In this document: positions 39,474-53,345 of the stretch, in pieces | Layout of the letters: every line of letters begins with the position of its first letter | How positions within the stretch are numbered: the first letter of the stretch is position 1 | Assembly (NCBI RefSeq): GCF_006345805.1 | Contig: NC_043010.1 | Location: 17,856,001 to 17,920,000 of the forward strand | DNA: 64,000 nucleotides | Source of the DNA: Octopus sinensis | Taxonomy: Eukaryota | Direction: 5' to 3' | Notes under the pieces: model-generated | Seen by the model: only the letters and a program-made list of their open reading frames with translations | What the model was told of the DNA's origin: nothing | The model's database searches: none | Position numbers and translations under genes: made by a program

Positions 39474-41222
39474 AGAGAGAGAGCGGGGGAGAGGAGAGGG
39501 GGAGAGAGGAGAGAGGGGGAAGGAGAACTAATGTTAATTAATTACATCGATACAAGGCAACACATTACGAGGTGGGGGAGGGGGACAGTGGGTTATACCA
39601 ACCTTAACTTAATTGGGTTTTATCGATCTCGACATTGTGAAAAAAAACTCCGACTTCAGCGAGATTTGAACATTGAACGCAAAAGGCAGGAAACATAGCA
39701 CAAAGTATTTTACACAATGTCTAAAGGCATTGGAATATGGTAAGGCAGTGAGTTGGTAGGATCGTGAGCCCGCCGAGCTTAGCGGCATTTCGTCCGTCTT
39801 TACGTTCTGAGTTCGAATTCTGTTGTGGTCGACTTTGCCTTTCATCCTTTCGGGGTCGATGAAATAAAAACCAGTTGAGAAATGGGGTCTCCTTCCCCCC
39901 AAACTTGTGCCAATAATAGAAAGGATTATTGGATTATGGTAAAACTCAAGCTTTCCGAGAAGTATCCCCGGCGAAATACATCCAATGGACTTCTAATAAA
40001 AATACCCGACCTGTCAGTAATGGCAATGAAATCATCCTTAAAATAGGGCAGGTCACATTGAATGAAGTAGTCCACACAAAAAGGTCGATTGTTTATTGTT
40101 ACCTTTACTAAAACCCTATTCACAAAAACAATCCATGTCTCTCTTATACAAAATATATTTTATTTGTTCTGTTAATTTAATAAAAAATAATGCCAGCTGT
40201 TTCAATAGGTGAGCATATATTGTAGTATAGATATTTTATAGTATAGATAGTAACTGCTTGTTGTATGCGACCTATTAGCATTAAATAGTACAGATGTGAA
40301 TTGAATTTGCCTTTCATAATATGAGGAGGCTTCGCCTATCACGAAATAAAGAAATGCCATAGAAAAACACCACCAACACCACAACTAGATACCAGCGGTT
40401 CTGAGAATTAACAGCAGAAAATAAGGTTTCAATACCGACCATGATGATGTTCTGCACCAGGTCAGCTTTGAACTTCTAGCGTCCTGTTATAGACTCATTT
40501 CTATGCTCTGCATTTTATCTTACTATTCATTGTGCCTGAACTTCTAACGTCCTGTTATAGATTTTCTATTGCTTTGTATCAAAAGCGTTCCAGTCGTGAT
40601 CATCTCGTCTTATGTTGTATATCAGAGACTACATTATGTAATTGTTTCTATGATAACGGGGGTATTTTCTTCATTGTAACCGGATTTCTTGAACGTTTTC
40701 TTCTAGCCTATCCCTTCAACATGTTTAGCAGTGTTGAAGTACCCCGTGTAAAGAATAAAATGTAAAATGGTTGGTTACCAATAAAACAGATGGGAGACAT
40801 ACTTTATTTGTAATTAATATTGTAATTGATATTGTAATTAATATTGGATTTTCAGAGCCCACCATGGTCATTTTTGCCTTTTATCCTTCCATAGTCGATA
40901 AAATAAAGAACCGATCAAATACTATTATCGATATAATTGACTGTCTACTCCACCTCTGTGACCCCACCCATATTCCAAGTGCTTCGTCTATCTAAGAAAT
41001 TAATTTAAATTAAGTTAAATTTTTAACGAGACGGATAAGTTTCCTTCTTTCTAACCAGTGATCCAATTCTAGAGACACACTCCATATCATTGTCGACTGT
41101 CAGTATTGCACGGAATCATAAACTTGGCTGAAAACCTTTGCTTTCAACATTAAATGAGACGAGAAATGCAAATAAAGCTCTCCAAATATTTTTCTTGATA
41201 CACGAGTTATATGTGATTACTT

Positions 41223-41395
41223 TGTAGTGGGAATTCGAAACCGAACCCCTGTATACACGGTCAGATATCACGAGCAAACCACCATAGTTTCACGTGATCG
41301 GTCTCTTAACCGACCAATCAGCGTGAAGCGATGGCGTCGACAGGTTTTCTCGAACATTCTAAAATTTTACTTCCTGTCCCCTATAAAAACATTTA
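41223..41395 (+). mobile_element. LTR-like family L, U3 part with HSE and TATA
   Basis: TGTAG start, CACGTG, CCAAT, TTCtcGAAcaTTC, TATAAAA (41382). Confidence 0.6.
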
Positions 41396-42019
41396 ATTTT
41401 CGAGGTCAGTTTTTCCAGTTTGTTTAATTTATGGAACCGACTTCTTGATGAATTCACTTCTCAATAACAAAATATTTTATGCATATATTATATTTATCGG
41501 CATCAGAAGAATAAAAAGCAAAGTCGTTGATGTTTAACGGAGATGTTGAAAATTAAGCAATGTCTTGTGGTATTAAATTACAGATCTTAACGTTCTGTGT
41601 TTAAATCCTGTCGCAGCCATCTTCAACTTTCAGCCTTTCGGCATGGCTAAAACAAAGTCCTAGTCGTGCATGAAAAAGTGATATACCTGGATTTTGCCCG
41701 GGCGCTCCATAAGTTTTCGCCTCTCCCCTCCATCCAAAAAAGCACAACATAAAATACCACATCCCGCAAAAGAGAAAAAATTCGCCCAGGGCGGAGCCAC
41801 CCTCTTTCGTTACTGTGTGGCCATGCTTATGGAACGGAGACTAATTTATATCTCTATAACGCAGGGATTCTCCAACCAGGGTAATACATGTACACTTAAA
41901 AGTTCGCTAGAGAAATTGTAGAAGTACGCTAGGTCTGAAGTTGTTGTTAGTTTGTGTTGCTGGTGTTGTTTCCTGTGGTAGCTGGTAGAGTTGTTTCTTG
42001 AGCTGCGTGAAGAAATAAC

Positions 42020-42444
42020 TGAACATTTAACAGATTTTATTGTCACACTTAAAGCAAATTGCGCTGGGTTTTTTTTTACGGATAACAACAGCAATAATTA
42101 CAAATTGGGAGAGAGATACTGCTTGGATTTTACGGTTTGCACAGCTTAACTGGAAACAATTGTGTTATATTCGCGGTGACGAAGGTACCTGTCATCTATC
42201 TGTGTCCTCTATCTTTGCTGTTGTTCTGGGTCGTCTGGCTAGTAAAAATATGCACTGAACGGTTTTTCATTGGGGACCAGAATTAAAAGTTTAGAATGTT
42301 CGAGGAAACCTGTTGACGCCATTGCTTCACACTGATTGGTCGGTTAATAGACCGATCACGTGAAACTATGGTGGTTTGCTTGTGATGTCTGACCGTGTCT
42401 GCAGGGACTTGGTTTCGAACTCCTCCCCCCCCACCCACCGCACA
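42020..42444 (-). mobile_element. LTR-like family L copy
   Basis: Homology to 13678-14170. Confidence 0.6.
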
Positions 42445-42496
42445 AAGAAATTTCGGTATTTTCACAAATTATCTCACGATATGTAGTACACACACA

Positions 42497-42553
<57 letters not shown>

Positions 42554-43899
42554 ATACATACGCCCATCATTGATATAGTAAAACAGAGATTGAAAAATCA
42601 CTCATGTTGCAAATAGCCGTTCTGCTGTATCAGTAAACGGTTGATTTTGTCAGTTGTTAGGGGACACTTGCAACTGACCAAAAGCCCAAAGCGGCAGAAA
42701 CGCGAATTTAGCAATGCCACTCCCCCACCCCCGCTGCTGGAGGATTTTCGTCTGCTGCTGATATACTTTTGTGCTTTTTAACACTGTACGTCCATAAGAG
42801 ATACCGCCTCGAGACGAATAACGCTGTTAAACGAGATTTCAGCGATGTATTTGCTTTAATTTATGAGACGCAGAGTGTTCCTTCCCTCTCTCCCTCATCA
42901 CTCTCTCTCTCACTTTCGTGTGTGTGTGGTTTACTTTTCATTGGTCGTGCTGCAGTTGAGATATAGATGGACTAAGGTTCGATTGTCTAGTGTCACCAAG
43001 TGTGGAAAAGATATATGTAGCAAATAAATGACAGGAGAAAATGATTGTCGAAACAACTATTATTTTACTGTTACAATACAAAAAGACGATTGCTTCGGGT
43101 TGTTGTAGAAAGATTTGTTGACATTCTCTTGTCCATTTGTTAAGCAGCTGTGTTCATCTGGGTGAGCGCTATGAGAAGGAGAGAAGGAGGAGAAGGGAAA
43201 GAGTTGTGAAATTTACCTCTCTTGGTTGACGAGTAGCGAGGGTGAAAATTGTATATTCCCTCGGTGACATGTCATGCGTGAAGTGCTCCTTCGGCCAGAC
43301 ACCAAGCAAAAGAGCGAGATGTTCTTTAGGCAAAGCGTCGAGGAAAGAAGAACTGAATTTGGGTTCTGTATTTATATTTTCCTACTTAAATTAGGTCAGG
43401 CTGAGCAAAGAATCCTTTGTCTATTATCTAGTCTGAAGTGTATTTAACATAAAGATTTTTAGCCAGCAACAGGAATTATCTAAATATGACAGTTGACTCT
43501 CAGAAATTTCTTAGTTCAAATACCGAAAACAATAGGAAGGGACTCAAAGAAAAATCTAGACTGGGTTTCGAATTGTGGCTAAGAATCCAAAAAGCAAATC
43601 AACATTTCCTCCTCTTACTCAAAATATACCGGACTTCTGCTCAATTAAAATAAAGCATTAATTAATCTTAAACAACGGAATCCAAATGACTTTGAATGTA
43701 TTCGAAAACTCAACCAATAATATTTACGTTTAAAAAACAACTTTATTTTTAAAGGTTACTGGCAGCAGACGACCACTGGTTTTTATCAAATTTCTTCACA
43801 TCGTATTTATGAATAAAAGATTAATGATTCATTGGAATTTGAGGAATTCAGGCTTTTGGTTCGTTGCTAATATTCGTAATGGAAGTTGGTTTCTTTTTT

Positions 43900-44161
43900 T
43901 CTCAGTTTTTCCCATATACACCGCTGATAGTTGTTCTTGACAAACAACGGCAGTAATTTTATTCAGTTGAATACACGTCATTGATTGGTTGAAACTACCG
44001 AAATACAACTTTAACAAAAAATAACTTCCAAAATACAGAATTTTCTCAACGCCAAGAGTAAAAGATATCTTATGTGACACATTCTACAAGTATACGAAGT
44101 TTGAAAGTGTTTAGTTACAAAAAATTATTTTTTAAATCTGTCGGTCAAAAGGTAAAGATCC
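43900..44161 (+). mobile_element. Diverged relative of the Merlin MITE (3' half)
   Basis: acacattctac...tatacgaagttt...aaagatcc end. Confidence 0.55.
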
Positions 44162-44795
44162 TGATTATGAAATAGACATTGTTAGAAAACCCCATGTAGA
44201 TAACTGGTTCTTTTATTATAAAGAAGGGGTAGAAGATGATTTCAGGATGAACCAGGTTGACAATCCAATTTCTGTTCTCATGTGTCTCTATTTATGCCAT
44301 TCTCCTGGGATTACAGACTTGCAGAAGCGAGATTGCAATGCATTTCTCTTCTCAGATGTGGCCTTATTTGTTTTCGTCTCATGGAAATGTTGGGTTGCAG
44401 AAGTAGTCTGTAAATTGCTTGTGTTCCCTGGTGTGAGTTTTATTTATCGCCATCTGTTGGCAATGTTCTTGTTTCTTCTTCTCTAAAATCGATATGGTTG
44501 ATTATCAATTCATGATACATCTATTCAAATTGTTTAATCACCGACTGGTGTTGATAGTCAGGCAAGCTACGGTGACTTCTATTTGTAAACATATAGAATA
44601 TTCGTAAATAACAGAGGCAATCTTCCGCTTTCACCATATATCAGTGTAGGATTTAACCATTTAGCATTCAGACTGCTTGGTCAAATGTAATTCTTATTTA
44701 TTTACATTGTTTTGAATTCATTCTGCATTTTCTCGTAGCTTCAAGATTTCGATGATGCGATTGTTTACCTTTAGAATGATATTGTAGACTAGGTG

Positions 44796-45243
44796 TGTAG
44801 AACGACCGTGCGAAAGGAGAGGTGACGAACGAATGACTCCTTTAAACACCGCACGGTCGCCTTACAATAAAAGCCAAAACGTGGCTGCTGTGGTGTCGTC
44901 GTTGGAACAGGTTGCGTCTTGTGTGGTCAGTGACTAGACCTGAAAAGTCTGGAACCGAAAGACCTCGTGACGAGGAGAAGCTGGGTTTTTATAAGGAGCT
45001 GTAGGTTCAAAACTGGGTTGAGAACAGGCTGTTTCACTTGATTTTATTTAGAGGATCCGATTGGTTATACGCGGTAAATTGGCGCGACAGAGTAAGAGAC
45101 AAATTGCCCCTATACCAACCAATCAGAGTAGTGGACACAACGGGATCCAAATAGCGGCCAAAGATTAGTTGTTACCTGTTACGTTCGAATGCACATATAT
45201 ATAATAAAGGGGAGCGAGGAATTTCACTCGAGGGTACGCTACA
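44796..45243. mobile_element. Probable solo LTR of another family
   Basis: TGTAG...CTACA termini, CCAAT and TATA-like motifs; TSD not evident. Confidence 0.45.
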
Positions 45244-45284
45244 ATGATTTTAAGTTAGATCACTTTAAAACAGAGAATTTGGAT

Positions 45285-45607
45285 TGGAGCTTGGATTCGG
45301 AACCGAATCCCTGTAGATACGATCAGACATCACGAGCAAACCACCATGGTTTCACGTTATCGGCCTATTAACCGACCAATCAGTGTGAAGCGAGGGTGTC
45401 GACAGGTTTTCTCGAACATTCTAGAATTTGCTTTCCGGACCCTTGTAAAAACCACCCAGCGCGCATTTTGGGGCCAGAAAGGCGGCTAAGGCAGATGGTT
45501 CTTGACGACAGGAACCTCCGACGCCATGAATGTTATACAATTATTTCCAGTTGTGTTGAGCAAGCCGCAGAATGCCATATCTATAGCTTGCTGTAAACTC
45601 CAAGCAG

Positions 45608-45695
<88 letters not shown>

Positions 45696-46050
45696 GTCTA
45701 TGGTATGGTTTTTGGGGTCGACCGCGTCCTCCGCTTCATTTTTTGTTAATCACTCGTTCTCATTTAATTGTATATATTTTAATTGTTTGTTTATTCATAC
45801 GTTTCGTCTCATTCGACACCCTGACCCCAACGTTTGTTTTGTCTGTCCCCGTATCGTTCCCTCTTTTTCTCAACCTTATGGTGAATAAAGAAATTCTCTC
45901 TCTCTCTCTCTCTCTCCCTCTCCCCCCCTCTCTCTCAGTTTGTAATTATTGCTGTTATCTGTTAAAGACGAATGCAGTTTTGTCCTTTGCGTCCGATAAT
46001 AAAATCTTCCGTCAAGTGTTCGCGGGTGTTGGTTAGGTTACTTCCACACG
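45285..46050 (+). mobile_element. LTR-like family L copy, interrupted by a (CT)n-flanked insert
   Basis: Homology to 13678-14170 resumes after 45930; AATAAA near 45998. Confidence 0.6.
45408..45427. promoter_or_regulatory. Perfect four-unit heat-shock element
   Basis: tTTCtcGAAcaTTCtaGAAt. Confidence 0.6.
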
Positions 46051-46270
46051 CAGCCCAAGAAATATGTTTTCATTTATCAACTCAACCAATCGCCACAACA
46101 GACCAGACCAACGACCAAAAGCAGCGACAATAGCATAAACGTAGGAACCGTTTCAGGCAGTTTGTATCGAAAGGGTGAAGCAGTTGCTCATTCGCTTCGC
46201 TTACTTAGGATCACCGAGTTATTTGTGCATATTCCTCGCTTCATTTTCGTTCATTTTTTTTTCCATCCTG

Positions 46271-46691
46271 GGATCTTTTCGGTTTAAACGGCAGTTTTTA
46301 ACATAATTTCTAGGTAACTAAAAAATTTTAAACTTCGTGTACTGGTAGAATGTGTTTATAAAACATCTTTTTCTCTAGGCTTTATTGAGAAAATTCTATA
46401 GTTTGTAAGATATTTGTTGTTTTTTTCTTCAATTTCTGCAATTTCAACCAATCACTGACGTCTATTGAGATAAAAAAAACATTCTATGCCGTATGAATAT
46501 GTCCCTCCTTTAAGATACAGATTGGGTTTATTTACATTTGTGAAGAAAAAAAGATACCCTTCCCCCCACCCCTAACCCTAACCCTAACTAAGACAGATTG
46601 AAATGCAATAGATCGATATTAGGGTCATAATTATGGGTGACAATTTCATATGACACCGCTAGAAAAACTGCTGTTCAAACCGAAAAGATCC
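46271..46691 (-). mobile_element. Merlin-type MITE copy 3
   Basis: TIRs GGATCTTTTCGG; 8-bp TSD CCATCCTG. Confidence 0.85.
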
Positions 46692-47480
46692 CCATCCTGC
46701 ACTATGTTAAAGGAAGTTTATTTGTTGCATGAGCCGATAACATTTAAATCTTGGCTCCGTGATTCAGAATTTTAAAAACTTTTATCGTACCTTAGCGATT
46801 AGGAACGGGATAGGGTAGGGAATAATATAAATATATTTTTAAATACCTTCTTTAAACTTCTACCATGTTACTAAATAACTGCTGACAACAACTTTTGGTA
46901 CACTTTAGTCTCTCCGTGAGTGCTCACGTGTTTTCTCATCATGCTGAAAGAAGTAGCTAATTATCCTTAAATTCACATCTTACTCTCACGAATAAAGAGG
47001 GATACATTGGAAAAAAAAACAATATCACCCTCTCGCTATCTTTAAGATAGCATGATAGCACCAGTGGAAATTTCTTAATAATTAATTCTGGTTTTATTGG
47101 CCACAAGGGCTAACATAAATCAAAACACATGTAAGGATAAACACAGGACGTATGTGTCATTTCGTTACTGGTGGGTCCTATCCCCACAGGTAAACTGCTG
47201 TGATATATGGCTTGTGTGCGTGACTGATCTCATGTATACATATGTGCGCGTGTGTGTGTGTGTGTGTGTGTTGTTCTTTCCTTCACGTATGTCATTAAGT
47301 CTGACTGTATTTTGCTTTGTCCTACTTCTTGTTCCTGACCGACTTTCTATTTACAGGTGAATTGTGAGTATGCGTGAGGTTTTATTATTATTATTTTTTT
47401 ATGACAATCTCCCTTCACCTCGCCTACCTATGATCTCCCTCACTTCCATTTTTTCCAGCTTGCACTGTTAATAGGCGTAG

Positions 47481-47481
47481 C

Positions 47482-47512
<31 letters not shown>

Positions 47513-47855
47513 TCTTTCTCTCTTTCTCTCTCCCTCCCCTCCCCCTCTCTTTCCCTCCCTCTCTCTTTCCCTCCCTCTCTCTTTCCCTCCCTCTCTCTTT
47601 CCCTCCCTCTCTCCTTCTCTTTCTCCCTCCATCTCTCTCCCACCCTCTCCCTCTCCCTGTCTCCCCCTCCATCTCCCTCCCCCTCCATCTCTCTCTCCTT
47701 CCATCTCTCTCTCCTTCCATCTCTCTCTTCCTCTCTCCCTCCATCTCTCTCCCACCCTCTCCCTCTCCCTGTCTCCCCCTCCATCTCCCCTCCCCCTCCA
47801 TCTCCCCCCCTCTATTTCTCTTTCCCCCCCTCTCTTTCTCTCACCACTTCTCTTC
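47481..47855. repeat. CT-rich compound microsatellite
   Basis: Direct inspection. Confidence 0.95.
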
Positions 47856-47998
47856 AACGCCTGTGCAACTCACCTCCCGCATGCACTACTTTCTCTCCTT
47901 TCTATTCAGGAAGGTTGCAACAGCTTCTTTTTTTTCCAAAGCCGGACTTTGAATCATCCGCTCATAACAGCCTACCAAAACTCCATATACGTGTGCGT

Positions 47999-48038
<40 letters not shown>

Positions 48039-48108
48039 TGTGTGTGTGTGCGCGCGTGTAGAAAGAGTGAGAGAGAGGGGGGCAATTATGCGGATAAATA
48101 ATTAGATA

Positions 48109-48433
48109 TCTATATGTAATAAAACTGAGCATGTGTGTCTGTCTGTCTGTATCTATATATGTGCATCATTAAAACTCGAGAACTACCCAAACGATTTCAT
48201 TCAAATTTTACACATGCATTACTTAGGCTTCATGGAGTGTCATGGGCCAAAAAAATGTTCCACTTCTTCCCTAATGCGGGCCCAGACTGGCTCGGTATTA
48301 CGTGTCAAAAGTGAAACAATAACATCTATATTGTAACGCGATATAATAGTTTCACTTTTATTCTTTTACTTTTAATTCTTTCACTTTTAATTCTAACTAC
48401 ACTATTGTTTCACATTTATTCTTTCTCTGCTAG
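48109..48433 (+). mobile_element. Helitron-like non-autonomous element (hairpin lost)
   Basis: A|TCTATA...gtctgtctgt...CTAG|T. Confidence 0.5.
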
Positions 48434-48497
48434 TATTAAATATATCAAATATAACAGGGTATGAAACACAAAATGTGTATTTGTGTGTATATGTGTT

Positions 48498-48530
<33 letters not shown>

Positions 48531-48780
48531 GCAAAACGGAAAAAACCAAACGGTGGAGATTTTCATATGATGAATTTTTAAGTATAAATATATTCCTTTA
48601 TTCTTATATTTGTTTCTGTCGTTTGACTGCGACCATGCTGAGCACCGCCTTTTAGTCGAAGAAATCGACCCTAGGACTTATTCTATCGGGCTATTTTACC
48701 GAACTGCTCAGTTAATGGGACGTAAACACACCAACATCAGTTGTCAAGCGATGGTGGGGGGACAAACTCAGGCACACACA

Positions 48781-48863
<83 letters not shown>

Positions 48864-48868
48864 TAGAC

Positions 48869-48933
<65 letters not shown>

Positions 48934-49470
48934 TGTTACAAGTATAAACCATCTCTCCTCAACTCATTTCTTTCCAGCCAGAAACTATCCACTTGTTACA
49001 TTTTACTTTTCACTCACGTACCCAGAGGCAAAATATAACTGCACCAACACATTTTTTCACTGAAACATTATTATCGTCTTCCTCCATTCAATATGTTTGG
49101 GGAAACCCGCCAATAATTTCACTGCAGCATCTGCCTTTGCAAGATACCATCATCAATGAATTTATTATACTTTCCTTGTGTTTCGGTTCGTGACTGTCAT
49201 CGTAAGATCAAATCGATCGGTTTGTGTAGGCAAACTGGCGACTAAATGCTCCAGCAGGTGATCTTGAAATTCCGCTGACAAACAACATCGATATATTCTT
49301 GTGCCAAACAATTTAGTTAACCTGCAGAGTGTTATGGGTTTTAGGTGATTCATTAAACATCGAGACAACACACGACAATGTTTTCTACCTCTTTTAACAT
49401 CAATAATCTAATAGAAGTAAGCAACGGTATAAAGTATACATACATGCAAATCTCGAAATCCATCTCGCTT

Positions 49471-49528
<58 letters not shown>

Positions 49529-49557
49529 ATCTCTTCACACACACACACACACGCATG

Positions 49558-49667
<110 letters not shown>

Positions 49668-49696
49668 CCTACCTACCTACCTACCTACCTACCTAC

Positions 49697-49739
<43 letters not shown>

Positions 49740-49756
49740 CCTACCTACCTACCTAC

Positions 49757-49803
<47 letters not shown>

Positions 49804-49805
49804 AG

Positions 49806-49837
<32 letters not shown>

Positions 49838-49849
49838 TGTATGTATGTA

Positions 49850-49900
<51 letters not shown>

Positions 49901-49902
<2 letters not shown>

Positions 49903-50040
49903 ATTACAACCAGCAGCTTCCAGTGCAGCCTCTGCAGTCGTGCCTGTTTTTCCCGAATCGGACAAGTCAGGCATCACCAAGCTTGCTGCAGACGTGGACG
50001 CACCCTTCCGTAAATCTTTGCTTGCGAAACCAACCCATGA
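49901..50040 (+). mobile_element. RTE LINE extreme 3' end
   Basis: [23 protein letters not shown] matches the RTE C-terminal CxxCxRxxxSRIGLxxH motif. Confidence 0.65.
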
Positions 50041-50087
50041 TACATATATACATGATACATACACAGACACAGACACACACACATATC

Positions 50088-50200
50088 AAAAATAGGAAAG
50101 GCCGGCTTATGGGATTACCTTAGGTTTCCCGTCCATAAAACTAAACCCTTTGCGGACGGGAAACCTAAGGTAGTCCCATAAACCGACCTTCTCTGTTTTT
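50088..50200. repeat. Small fold-back element
   Basis: ~47-bp imperfect inverted arms, 19-nt loop; partial relative at 14870-14902. Confidence 0.75.
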
Positions 50201-50283
50201 AATATATACAGCTCTACATCTTAGAGTGTGCTTCTCCTTTCAGATTTATGTTTTTTGAAAAACGACACACATATATATATATA

Positions 50284-50790
50284 TCGGGTTGACCAAAATG
50301 TCTGTTTGGTTTTTGCCATCACTAAACTTCAAGCGTTCTAATAGCTGCTAATTTCAGTTTGCCCCTTGTGCATGCGCACTCATTACATACTTGACATACT
50401 TGACGTAATTCGACTCGAACTTGCATCGAGACCGGTTGTATTTTGTGTGCTTGGCATCACTCTGAAAATGGAGAAGCAAAACGGACATTATCGACAGCTC
50501 ATGCTTTTTTTATTAAAAAAAAAAGGCAAGAAAGCGGCGGAAACCTGCCAGAAGTTATGCACTGTGTAAGGAGAGGATGTTGTTATGGAACATGTGTGCA
50601 AGAAGTGGTTTCATGATTTCAATCGGGAAATGTTTTCGGTTCAATATGCACCTGGCTCTGGTTGGCCAACTCAAATTAACAGCGACACTAATCCCCGTTG
50701 TACGATCTGGGTGATCGCAGATATTCCCCAAATATCGAAATTAAATGTTGAAAGCCATTGCATCAAGTTGGTTACGTCAGGAGGCTCCTT
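50284..50790 (+). mobile_element. Mariner transposase 5' fossil
   Basis: MEKQNGHYRQLMLF..KKGKKAAETCQKLCTV*GED..VCKKWFHDF..SGWP. Confidence 0.8.
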
Positions 50791-51423
50791 GTGATTTAGC
50801 AGCAGGTCATCAACAGTTGATTTCTCTAAAACCTTCCTTCCTGAATCATCAGACCGCTGAAAATCTGTTTTGGCCACTGTTTTTCTTGCAGATGACGAGA
50901 TATGGCTGATTGAGCTCCACATAAAGCATATTGATCTGATCAGTGGCAGACACACTCATGAAGGTCATAGGTCATGGACACTGTCTCCTTCATACTCCAC
51001 GACAAGCGATAGAAACAACAACAGTAGCAACAACAACAAATTTGAAACGTAGTCACTTACTAATTTGTGTTGAAAGAATTTTTTCTTTTCTTGATTATTT
51101 TTCTTTTCTTTTCTTTTTTTGTGGCTATCACAAGAGATATTTCTGTCTCTTCAAAGACGATAAAAAAGAGTTGAAAAATTTCTTGGAACGTATAAACTAA
51201 TTCCTTGGAGCCTCCCCCACCTTTTTTTTAGTCTCTTGCAGTGTTTAGAGAGATGAACGAAATCCACCATTCAAAAACTATCTATATAGATATCTTAGAA
51301 TTGACATATTTTGTATAATGCCTTTGCTGTTATGTAATGGTGTAATAAAGTATTGATTGGGTATCATCTGATGGTTGATGTTTGATTGATTTAAGTATGT
51401 TTCTCCATTTTCTAATTTTGTAC

Positions 51424-51504
<81 letters not shown>

Positions 51505-52844
51505 ATATATATATTATATATATTATATATATTGTTTGGCAAGAGAAAGAATATATATATATATATTGTTTGGCGAAAGAAAGAAGAGTCCGCGACAATT
51601 TTCAAAGTCATCGCGACTGGTAGGATGGATTAAGTTTGTCACCCAAGAACAAGAATAATTGTTTTGCTTGGTTTCCCCACAGATTCAGGAAACTAGATTT
51701 CACTCACAAGGATTTGGTGCCGCACAGTAAGATCGAACCCAAAACTATGAATTTGCAAAGTAGATTTAACCATCCAGTTGTGTCTGTTGAGAAACAATAT
51801 ACAATAGAGCCCTCCTCTCTTAATGTTATTGGGTGAGACGCTTCCATTTCTAGCTTAGCTTTGTCTGCATCTGTTGCCCTCACAAACCTCTCTTTTACCT
51901 TGTTACTTCACTAAACTAGTTGGGGACCCTCCCGAGAAACAACGAAATCTATTCCTTTTTATTTATAAAGTGGATGAGAAAATAAAAGCAATAACAATGA
52001 AATATAAAAAAAAGACTTCGCAAAATGTACGATAATAACATAAATGGCAGGACAATAAACAATGTAGTTTGAAAGCATTCAGTGAATGGTGATGTGGGTA
52101 CTGGGTCGTTTGTTTATCCAGCCTGGGATTGGAGGTGACCTGGATTTCTGGATTTTCCAGTTTTCTAGATATAACAATACAACTGATAAGCACTATTCAA
52201 CCGATTTTTTGATTATTTTAAACAAATGCAAACATAGAGTCTATAATGGGTAATCATGATTCTAATAATTCACCTTCTGTTAAAACATGTGTCTGACGTT
52301 AACTACTTCTGGAAAAAAAAAACTCCTTTAAGCTACCACAATACTTAATAAAATATAAAATAAACAATGAACATCTTAGTAAAGAACTAATATGTATTGA
52401 ACAGATGTAGATTAATAAACTTGTAAAACAGGGTTTATTTGATCTTTATATTAATCCACTTCGTTAATCCATATTCTCAGATGTATCTCTTCGTTCTTCG
52501 ATGTACTAAGCATAATTTGTCACCATTTCTTCAGTTTTCCGCTGGTAAATTGCTTTTCTGGTAGCTTTTGGATATATATTAATTTTAGACCTCATATAAA
52601 TAATTACTTCATTGATTTTTAGTAATCTTTATTCAGTAATGAAGAATAAGAATTAGATTGTATACCGCTGATACTTTAATATTCAACATTAGAGGTGGCC
52701 TGAGCCTTCATTCTGTTATTATTTTGTACCTTGGGAATTTGTTACTTGGTTTTTGTATTCAGCCTTCTGAAAAACTGGTTTCGCTTTATACTGTTTCACG
52801 TAAAGTAATTCTCCAGAAACCCGTTGGCTAAGTCGAACGACTAC

Positions 52845-53100
52845 GAGACTAAGATAAGCAGTGTTGAAATCAGATGTGGTGTGCAAGAGAGACGACTGCG
52901 CTGGTATGGTCATGTGATGCGTATGGACGATGACGGCTGTGTAAAGAAGTGCCGATCTCTAACTGTGGAGAGAACCTGTAGTGGAGGTAGACCTAGGAAG
53001 ACATGGGACGAGGTGGTGAAGCATGATCTTTGAACTTTGAGCCTCACAGAGGCTATGACTAGTAACCGAGACCTTTGACGATGTGCTGTGCTTGAGAGGT
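52845..53100 (+). mobile_element. RTE LINE 3' end
   Basis: RRLRWYGHVMRM...GRPRKTWDEVV. Confidence 0.8.
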
Positions 53101-53313
53101 CAAGCCAAGTACACCCATGCTATTAAGGGACATGCTACGTGCATCTCTGAGCTATTAAGGGACATGCTCAACTGGTTAAGGTGAAACCACTGACAAGCAA
53201 ATATTTGCTGTAGCCTATCTTTTACACCAAGACAAAACAATGTACTGATAACACTTCCAATCAGTTAAGATCAGAAGCGATGAGAGCCACTATCTAGTAC
53301 TGCATCAGGGTAT

Positions 53314-53344
<31 letters not shown>

Positions 53345-53345
53345 T

